A program made the translations under genes and the position numbers. Below are positions 38,173 through 46,862 of a DNA stretch of 46,862 nucleotides, in pieces. The notes under the pieces were generated by a model. It had not been told where the DNA came from. It was given only the letters and a program-made list of their open reading frames with translations, and did not search any database. The stretch's first letter is position 1; every line of letters begins with the position of its first letter. The stretch spans positions 1 to 46,862 of the forward strand of contig RBNJ01000051.1 of assembly GCA_003990765.1 (NCBI GenBank). The letters are read 5' to 3'. The stretch is from Jimgerdemannia flammicorona. Taxonomy: Eukaryota.

Positions 38173-40221
38173 TGTAAGAGAGTTACTTGTTATTGTAACT
38201 ATTATGTAGTTCTCTGGAAGTTCTGGATGTTCTGGAAGACCGTTTTCTCAAGGTCAAGATCAATTTCATATGGAGTATGTCCTCTATACTTATTGATTTC
38301 AAGATCGGGTTGATGTCTTAACCAAAGTCCTTTTTTTGAACTAGTTCTGAATATTTAGGAGTTTCCATATTTCAGGAAGTTCAAGAAACTAAGACAAGCT
38401 TAGTTGAATTGGTATATTGCTACAGACAATATCCAATTAGGAAATTTTGTAATGGGGTTAGAAGTGGGACCTAATGGGGAGCAGATTTACTTAAGAGTAG
38501 TTTGTAAGTTATTAAATAGATTTATTTGCTATTCATGATATTACTATACTAGAAGTAGTTGTGTGAAGGAGTATTGTGAGAAAGTGCTCAGGAATGTTCT
38601 TATATATTTGAGTCTGAGATTCTGAGGTCTGGGGGAGGGAGTATTTATACCAGTGAGGGGCTATCTGGGCTATGCTGAATATAGATGTAGCACTTAGTGC
38701 CTTGCTGAGTCAGAATGCAGTCATGCAGTATAAGTGTGATCTGATATGTCAAGAGATTGTCTGACTGCTGAGTCAGTTCACAGTTATATCATACAAGGCT
38801 AATCTAACTATACTATGACTGCTAAGCTATTTATAGCTTTAGACACTGTCTGGATAGTTTTTGATGACATCACTATCAATAACATTATCTCTGATGAAGT
38901 AGTCATTTAGAAAGAGTTGTTCACAGATTAATTCTCTCTGTTTGCTGAGGTAATAATATATTGAGACTTCATCACCATCTGACAGGATAGCATCATCTGT
39001 CTTATATGCTAAGTATGGAGTTGGTAGGCAAAGGAGGGGTGCATCATCTTTGCTTTCCTCGGATTTGCTGTCTGCATATCTTTTATAAGTTATGGCACTA
39101 TGAGTTGCTGGATTGTAGTAAGCTAGTGGCTGTAGTTCATGTTGCTTGTACTCAGATGGCAGAGTTGTTGGTTCAATCTCAAGAGTTGTCTGAAGGTACA
39201 GGTTGTGTTCTCCAGTCTCTTCATTATAGTTAAAGTAATCAGGGGTGAATGTGGACTAGTACTCATGCCAGTGGTCATTGTTCCAATAAGTTTCATAAGT
39301 GGTTATGAACTGTTGTAAGTTCATCAGCAGGATTGGTAGAGTGATCAGGGTTGACAGGGATCCTTAGCTTGAGGTCATATTGGTGTCAGAGAGATCATTG
39401 TCTTCTGCTTCATCTTCATCAAATCAGATTATATCATAGATATCCTTCATAGTGTATCTGACTTGAGGCATTTGCAAGATATAATCATTGGGGTGTAGGA
39501 AGGTTCTGTCTGTGGTCTGAACATATTTGAGGTACTTTTTGTATTATATCATTGATTTGGCCATAGAACAGAGTAGCAACCATTTTAGTAGTAATAACTC
39601 AGAGGTGGGGGATAATAGTACTATACTCATAGAAGAGTTCTTGATGTTTCCAGGCAATGAGTTTCTGGTGTTGAGACATCTGGGTAATATCTATATCATG
39701 ATGGTGTTTGACTATGTCTTTCTGGAGGCAGCTAATCTGGTAGTAGCTTGAGATTTATCCAATTTGGTGAACTTTGCTAAGTAAGTTCAGGGCATTCTAT
39801 CAGGCTTTCACAAAGTAGAGAGGTGCTAAGCTATGGATATTCATAAGGGACAGAGGGGGTGTGGCTCAGTTGATAATAGCATTCCAAATGTCAGCATAGA
39901 TGTGGTTGTAGATCTTAGTGGTCATATTTATATATGTTCAGAAGTTATAGTTATTTGTTTGGTTTGTTTTAGTTCTCTGTTTCAATGCATCTTAGTACTC
40001 AGTATATATACATTTGGTCCTGATTGGTAAGATTCTGTTTGTGTAAATCTTGTATTCTGTGACTTCATATTGACTCAGCTTTGTGTGCTGTGACTTTGGT
40101 TTGACTCAGCTTCGTGATCTTGCAGATGATTTCCAGATTTGTTCAGAGGTCACATGTGATTTCAGTGGCTTGTTCTGAAGGTGACATATGATTTCAGTAA
40201 CTTGAAGGTTGTGGGCTTACA
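38173..40221 (-). repeat. 3' LTR of D (2049 bp)
   Basis: Terminal inverted repeats tgtaag...cttaca; adjacent PPT; TATAAA at ~38643-38648 (minus); homologue at 25539-26760. Confidence 0.88.
38839..39925 (-). pseudogene. LTR(U3)-encoded ORF of family 2, ~360 codons
   Basis: MTTKIYNHIYADIWNAII...ISSYYQI(G)CL...LIA(R)KHQELFYEYSTIIPHL...DNVIDSDVIKNYPDSV*; transition-type stops and one frameshifting deletion near 39540. Confidence 0.72.
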
Positions 40222-40236
40222 ACTCTCCCCTTCTTA
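40222..40236 (-). promoter_or_regulatory. Polypurine tract of D
   Basis: AAGAAGGGGAGAG directly before TGTAAG. Confidence 0.9.
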
Positions 40237-40677
40237 GCTTTTGATATCCCCATCAGGGCCTTCTAATTTGTTCTAGTGTTGTTATACCATTTGGAAGATC
40301 AAAAGTCCAGTGAAGTCCATTTTCTCAGAAAGTGGCATGCTTGTAGTATAGTTGCCTAATGCATTAGATTCACATGTTAAAGGGTCATGTGTTCAATACT
40401 ATGTGCCAGAAGTGATTCTGACATTATTCACTACTAGAGAATTTCCTCTAAGGAATCTTCTTAAATATCTACACCTCATTTCCCATCAGTAGTATGGAGA
40501 GAATAGGCTTGCTTTCAGTTTTGCTATTTTTCTAGAGAGTCAGTATTCTTTGTCTTGACATGCTGAGTTCTTGATTTTGATCATGATAATTATAATATTT
40601 GAGAGTGTAATATATAGTATGTACTAATAGGTGCAGAGTGTTCAGGTTTCAGTTGTTTAAGGAATCATACTCCTAAA

Positions 40678-41960
40678 CTAAGTCAGTAGCATTCTGGAGA
40701 TTGGTCTTGGGTTTCCATATTGTATTATAGATTGGATAACCTTTCTATTTAACAAGATACTCAGGGTGGTTCTTGTGGCTATGTTTGTTGAGGATTTTCT
40801 CAACTTCATATTCTTCTTGGTTATTAATAATAACAGGTGCAGGTGGTTTGGTAGTCTGGTTGGGAAATAGCTCATCATCATTTTCATTATATTACTTGAG
40901 ACATTGGATATTAAATACTGAGTGGACCTTAATGGTGTCTGGTAGTGCCAATTTGTAGGAAGTAGAAGAGAATTGTGCAATGACTTCAAATGGTCCAATA
41001 AACTTACTGTTCAGCTTTGTAGAAGGTCTGTACTTGAGGTTATCAATTTGGTATCCTTGGATGTCCAATAGAACTTTTTCTCTAATATCAAAAGTTTCCT
41101 CTCAGTAGTACTGATTAATATACTATGACTGTTGTTCTTGAGCTTACAATAAATTCTCAATTGCAATCTGGCTTAGATTGCACATTCAGAGTAGGAATTC
41201 TTCAACAGCTTTAACTGTAGAGAGTTCATCAGTGATTTGGATAAGTGTCAGAAGGGTGTTTGGGTTTTGTCCAATATTGGTGAAGAATAGGGTCATTCCA
41301 AGAGAGGCTTGCTTACTGTTGTTGTAGGTGAACTCAACTGTGATGAGGTGTTTATATCAATCATCTTATCTGTAGAAAACATAGTTCCTTAGTATTTGTT
41401 CCAGAGTTCAGTTCATTCTTTTAGTTTGGCCATCTGTTTCAGGGTAAAAGGCTGTGGATAGTGCAAGTTTTGTTCCAAAGTATACATGGAGGGCTTTCCA
41501 AAATAGCTGGTGAATTTTGGATCTCAGTTACTAATAATGATCTTAGGAAGACCATGATAGTGGAAGATATTGTCAAACAAGAGTGTGACTATATCTGGTG
41601 CTATTGTAGTAGTAGTAGTTGGTACAAAGTAGACTTGTTTGCTGAGATAGTCTACAAAGACAATAATTGTATCTTTCCCATTCTTGGTCTAGGGTAGTTG
41701 TATAATGAAGTCCATAGAGATTTGTTCCCAATTAGCAGATGGTACTGGGATAGGGTGTAGTAAGCCAGGTTTTGCTAGTGTTGAGGACTTGTTCCATTGA
41801 TAGGCATTACAGGAAGTGATGTAGATCTTTAGCTGATCTGCCATGTTGGGCCAATAGAAATTTTGGGAGATAACTTCATATATAGCATTTATCAAATCCT
41901 AAATGTTTAGCAGTAGGGACATCATGATATTCAAATAGGATAGTCCTTCAGAGGTCTTGG
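40678..41960 (-). pseudogene. Integrase with C-terminal chromodomain (40678-40815), D
   Basis: YHD...[50 protein letters not shown]...YLVK*KGYP...WKP..NL. Confidence 0.93.
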
Positions 41961-42179
41961 TTATTTGGAACATACAATCTGTCCTTGTAGTAGATAGCAT
42001 TATCCTTCAGTTGGTATTGGTTGTATCAGATATACTTGTCAGTATCATCACTGTACAGAATTTCTCTGAGTACTTGAGCTTTCTTATCATTGGCACATGC
42101 TGCAATAATTTGTTCCATGATAGTGTTGGTAACTAAGGTGAGAGTTTGGATAACTCTTCAATTGGTAGTCTGGAGATTA

Positions 42180-43430
42180 CATCAGCAACAATATTTTCCT
42201 TGCCAGGCCAATACTGGATTTTATAGTCAAAGTTGGTGAGGACTTTCATCTATCTGGCTTGCTTTCGGAAAAGGGTAGCCTGGGTCTTGATGTTGACTAA
42301 TGACTTGTGGTCAGTCAATATGGTGAAGTGTACTCCTTCTAGGTATGGTTGCCATTTGATCAGAGTGTCTATGATGGCTAACATTTTTTTTTCATAAGTT
42401 GTGTAGTTGATTTCAGCATCATTGAACTTGTGAGAGTGGTAGGCCACAGGGTGTCCTTCTTGCATCCAAGGGCTAGGTCAGAGGCATCAGTAGTAACTTC
42501 ATATAGTAATCCAGAGTTTGCTGCTTGAAGTACTGGAGTAGTTATCAAGGTATCCTTCAGTACTTGAAAGGTGGTATCTTGCTCAGGTCACCAATTTATA
42601 AGATTGTTGAAGTCTTTTTCTTATTTCAGGATTCAGGGCTGTTCTTCTTTCTTATTGTGCTTGGTCATTTGGATGAGGGCAGTAGTGATTTTGGCAAAGT
42701 TGGCAACAAATCATCTGTAATAGTTTGCTAATCCCAGAAATGACTGGAGGTCTTTCAGCTTCTTGGGTCTGGGCCAATCCTTGATTACAGAGATTTTACT
42801 GTGGTCTACTTTGATTCCATTTGGTATGACAATGTGTCTAAGGAATTAAATTTCTTTTAGAAGAAATTTACATTTGCTAAGTTTTGTAAAGAGTCAGTTC
42901 TCTTGGAGTTTCAGTAGTACTAGTTCAAGGTGTTGAAGATGTTCCTCCAGGGTTTTGCTAAAGACTAGGATGTTGTCAATATAAACAACAACAAATTTGT
43001 CTAGATATGAGTACAGGACAGTATTCATCAGTATCCAAAAGGTTATAGGAGCATTAGTTAAGCCAAAAGGTATAACCAGAAACTTGAAGTATCTATAGCA
43101 AGTTCAAAATACTGTCTTGTAGATGTCTTCTTCTTTTATGGCAATTTGCCAATAGCCATTTCACAGATCAAAAGAGCTCATGAATTGTGGGTTGGTAAGC
43201 CTATCGAATATTTCATCAGTTCTGAGCAGTGGGTAACAGTTCTTGATAGTCTGTTTATTGAGATTACAGTAATCAATGCATATTCATAAATCTTCTCCTT
43301 TCTTGACAACAGAGAGGACTGATGCACTATAGGGTGATACACTGGGTCTGATGAATCCTTGTTCTAGGAGTTCATCGATTTCTTTCTTGAGTACATCAAT
43401 TTCTCTTAGAGATACATATGTGGTAGATTG
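42180..43430 (-). pseudogene. RT and RNase H, D
   Basis: GFIRPSVSPYSASVL, CIDY, IPFGLTNAP, VVVYIDNILVF, TTDAS, HPVAYHSHKF, TDHKSL. Confidence 0.93.
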
Positions 43431-43759
43431 ACTTGAAGGCTGGCTTAGCATCTGGAATGGTCTTGATTGCATAGTCAACTGCTCATTTAGGTGGTAGGCC
43501 TTTCAGAAGTTTCTTTGAAAATATGTCTCAGAATTTCTAGAGTAGTGGTCTGACATGGCTGTCAACTTTGGAAAAATTTTCTTCAGAGTTCTCAGGTTCT
43601 TCTTTGGAAGAGCAGACAGAGATGGCAAAGAGAGGATATTTCTTGGCCAATTTCTTGAGCTATAGCTTATTGATGTAAGTGATCTTTGGTCCAGGGTCAC
43701 TGGAGCTGAGTGGGTCCTTTTCGCCTTATAGTTTGAAGTTGTGGTATTCTTTCTTGATG

Positions 43760-44070
43760 GTCAGAGAATGGTTTACCCAATCGATTATAGGGTTCTCTTG
43801 TTTTAACCATAGAGTCCCAAGGACGATTTTATTGTCAGAGAGTAGTATAATCTGTAGAGTAACATGTACTTGGTAGTCACCAATTCAGAAGAGCAGATTG
43901 CAGACTTCCTTACTAATGACATGGGAGGTTCCATCAGCTGTGACAACTGCTTGAGTTTGTTGTACCGGAGAGGTGAAAACCTTGAGTCTGTTGGCTGTTT
44001 CTTCATTGATGAAGTTGCCTGAGGCACTACTGTCTATCATAATCTTGACAGGTGCTCAGTTGATAAAAGC
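43760..44070 (-). pseudogene. Aspartic protease, D
   Basis: IMIDS(G)ASGNFI and IVLGTLWL motifs. Confidence 0.85.
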
Positions 44071-44154
44071 TTGAAGTGTAAGTAGTTTATCTGATCCAAT
44101 GGTAGTGATTTCAGTTGTAGGAGCTTTCCTTCTATTGGCTCTTCTTTGAGCCAG

Positions 44155-44272
44155 TTCATTGACACAAGAGAAGCAATCATCTATTATTTGAGAAGAGTAC
44201 ATTCTAATACCATGGAGGCATTGGCCACTTGGTATATATCCATCTTTGATTTTCTTATAGAATTGTTCTTCT
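44155..44272 (-). other. C-x-H-x12-C-x2-C module, D
   Basis: EQFYKKIKDGYIPSGQCLHGIRMYSSQIIDDCFSCVNEL (ORF 44056-44280). Confidence 0.75.
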
Positions 44273-44309
44273 TTATTCATGGTAGGTTTGGCTGGAGCCT
44301 TGTTTGATG

Positions 44310-44715
44310 AGTCAAATCCTTTGAATCCTTGGATGGTGGGTAGTAGTTCAGGGACTTCCTTGACTGTCAGAGTTGACTCAATTTTCTCAAATAGGATCTG
44401 GGCAATGCAGAAACCAGTGGAGATTTTGAAAGGTGTCCAACTATGGTTTCAGATGAGGACAATAATTTCACCTGTATAATCTTCATCAATAACTCCTCCT
44501 TCTACTGAGAGTTCTTTCAATACTAGGCTGCTGTGATAGTATATTCTTCCAACATGTCTTTCAGGGATTTGGATATTAATTCCTATATAGACTTGCTTAA
44601 CTTCTCAGTTGGAAACTATAGCTTCTTTGGCTGCATACAGGTTATATCCAGCTGCTTTTTGACTTTCTTTAGTTGGGGCCTTTGCAGTTTGCCTTAACTT
44701 GACAAAGTCCAGTAT
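44310..44715 (-). pseudogene. dUTPase domain, D
   Basis: AKAPTK..KAAGY(D)LYA, IPERHVGRI..(R)SSL, VEGGVIDEDYTGEI, IAQ, (R)GFKGF(G)SS. Confidence 0.88.
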
Positions 44716-44759
44716 TCTGGTGATCAGGTTATTGAGGTGGTACAGAGTAGTAACAGTTG

Positions 44760-46430
44760 CTCATATTGCTGTTCAGGGTTTTCAGTTAGGACAGGTACTG
44801 GCCATGTGTCCTGTCTTTCAGCAATAGAAGTATGCTCCACTTCTTCAAAATTTATTCCTTTCTCCTTTAGTGAATTTCTTAAAGGTACTTGGCTGGGTGA
44901 GTTCATGATTTCTGGAAGTTCATAAGATAGACATTGAGAGAGCTCGAGATGCTTCATGCTTGAGTTCTTCTTTCTTGGTTCAAGTCTTTTTCTTGTTGTT
45001 GAATTGTCTTTGGGGCAGAATTGGTCCAGCTGTTAGGATTCACTTAACCATGGTCTTGATTCTTGCCAGGCACCATTGTTGGTAGTTGCAACCAACTGGG
45101 CATCCTTGTTCTCAGATTTTTCTTATAAGCCATTCAGGTAGTGCATCAAATAGATGGTCTGCTCTTGTACCATTTTATGCTTCATCATTGGCAATATACC
45201 CTAGGCCAACAGTGTTCAGAAGTGACTTGAGTTTTGTACAGAAGGTTTCAAATTCTTCCTTGTCATATACATTAAATTTGAGATTGCAGAGTTTTACTTG
45301 AGATTCAGCAATCATAGTTTCACTGTGATATTGAGCAATCATGAGTTGTTTGAGTCCAGGGGCTGCAGGATGGGCTCTATATCCTGGGGTATTATTTGCT
45401 GCATTCTGAGTGGCTACTGCAGGTCGGGTGTCCCATGTGAGGAGTTTTTCAGGAAGGGTTTACCACCATTCTTCAGTAGGTCCTTGGAAGAATGTAACAA
45501 CTTGGCAGACATAGGCTGTAGTAATAGCAAAGAGTTGTTCCAGAGTGTGGTCTTGATTGTTTGTCAGAAGGCAGTCAGCAACTTGCTCATTTGTCTATTG
45601 ATTGGCTTCAAAGTTAGTATCAATTACACTAATGAAGCTTTAGACTTCTTGTGTAGTATCATTGAAGATAAATAGCCTCAGATTTTTGGTAGGTCAGGTC
45701 TGTTCAGCTAAGTCAGTAATGATTGCTGCCATTTTTTCTACCTAGGCTATAAGGTCTAGAATCTATTAGTTTGCTATATTGTTTACTAGAGATGGTTGGA
45801 CTGCTGGTAGGGGTGTTACTGGTACTACTTGAGGTACTGGTGCAGAGTGTGATGGGGTTCTTTGAGTCTGTGTAAGTTGTTAGAGTAATAGTTGTGGGTC
45901 TGGAGTAAGGGCTTGATTGATAGCTGTCTGTTACTATATAGATATATTCTGTCCTGATGGAGGTGTGTCTCCTTTGGTGGTATATCTGGGATTGAATTTA
46001 CTGAGATACTTCTCCTCCTCTTCAGCTTGGTTCCTGTGTAGTTGGGTTTGCTCAGTATCGAAGTAGACAGAATCAGTTGTATATCTGATTTCAGATAGAC
46101 TTAATTCAAAGTCAAGTTTAGATTCGATATTGGTTTCAGGTTTAGATAGAGCTGTAGCAAGGCCTGCATCAGGTTTAGGGTCAGGTTGTTGATGAAGGGT
46201 TTCTCTTGCTTCTTCCTTAAGAATATAGCAGACCTTGCTATTTTGGAAACAGTAGTATAATGTGGTTTTAGTTCTGATATAGTGATAGTCAGTAGAGTTG
46301 AGCCACTTGGCTACAGAGGCTTGGACTTTGTGAGGAACTAAGGCTAGAAAGACTGCTGATAGTTGTCCTAGGTTACTTGGATTTGTGGAGCTGACAAAAC
46401 TCTTATTGAGAAGAGTAAAGAAGGAGTACA
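44760..46430 (-). pseudogene. Gag of D with long N-terminal region and CCHC knuckle
   Basis: Frame continues from ORF 45934-46431 through transition-type stops; FFQGPTEEWW; AYFYC*KTGHMASTCP at ~44790-44840. Confidence 0.75.
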
Positions 46431-46862
46431 ATTCATGTTACACCAATCTCAAGCAATGGTTTTCAGTACAATTTGGAGAAAAGGTATTATAAAAATATCA
46501 TCGAGCAAGTGTTCTGATGAGCATACTGGGTCAGGTGGACCTGAGGCTTTTGGCTGGCAGAATGTTGGGAGGGGTTATGGCCTGGAGATGGGGGCCTTTG
46601 GAGGGTCGAAGGGTGGCAAGGGCTCTGGAGGTGGACTGGTGTCTGGTGGCAATGGGAGGAGGCTGGGCCCCCCAAGTTTTGGAGATAAGGTGAAGGGGAG
46701 TGGGTGGCTGACTGGGTCAAGAGCAGGTGCTGCTGTGGAAAAAGACAAGGAGAGCCTAGAGAGAGGGGGAGGTACTAAGGTGGGGGATGCGAGCATAGGT
46801 GCTGGAGGGGCTGTGACTGGAGGTGAGACTGCTGATGGCAGTGTGATGGGCAAATAGGAAAA
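46431..46862 (+). mobile_element. 5' end/ORF1 of putative LINE, subfamily b, inserted in D (runs off the window)
   Basis: Homologous to the reverse complement of 30660-30245; PSFGDKVK. Confidence 0.65.

Larger units (their letters stand above)
38173..46430 (-). mobile_element. Ty3/Gypsy chromovirus, family 2, copy D (5' end interrupted by a LINE)
   Basis: Order gag(CCHC)-dUTPase-Zn module-PR-RT-RH-IN-chromodomain, then PPT and LTR. Confidence 0.95.

Noticed and set aside
40240-40660. Family-2 counterpart of the PPT-spanning ORF (HDQNQEL vs QDQNQAL)
   Set aside because: Only a very short match in a single copy, and no frame could be reconstructed.

Overview
Eukaryotic, probably fungal (organism inferred only), transposon-dense DNA with no intact host gene. 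Past ~240 bp almost all CpG is lost and CpA/TpG transitions are common. The window holds three copies of a non-chromodomain Ty3/Gypsy family (family 1: A 5023-14183 minus, B 14978-23774 minus, C 32232-37142 plus and truncated; ~1.5-kb LTRs, 4-bp TSD). It also holds a chromovirus (family 2: D 38173->46430 minus with a 2049-bp LTR, plus a partial LTR at 25539-26760), several LINE fragments, two poly(A)-tailed TPRT insertions with TSDs, a ~73-bp satellite with an ankyrin-like consensus, and an inverted duplication of AT-rich sequence. Main result: the two different Ty3 lineages share three accessory modules. These are a dUTPase, a C-x-H-x12-C-x2-C module placed between protease and dUTPase (in opposite orders in the two families), and a homologous ~270-360 aa protein encoded inside the LTR (U3). 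Family 1 also has a 175-codon ORF that runs across the PPT into the LTR. This layout resembles the accessory genes of complex retroviruses. Repeated TA->TATGTA insertions look like Tc1/mariner-type excision footprints. All coding regions are pseudogenised; protein readings are manual reconstructions.
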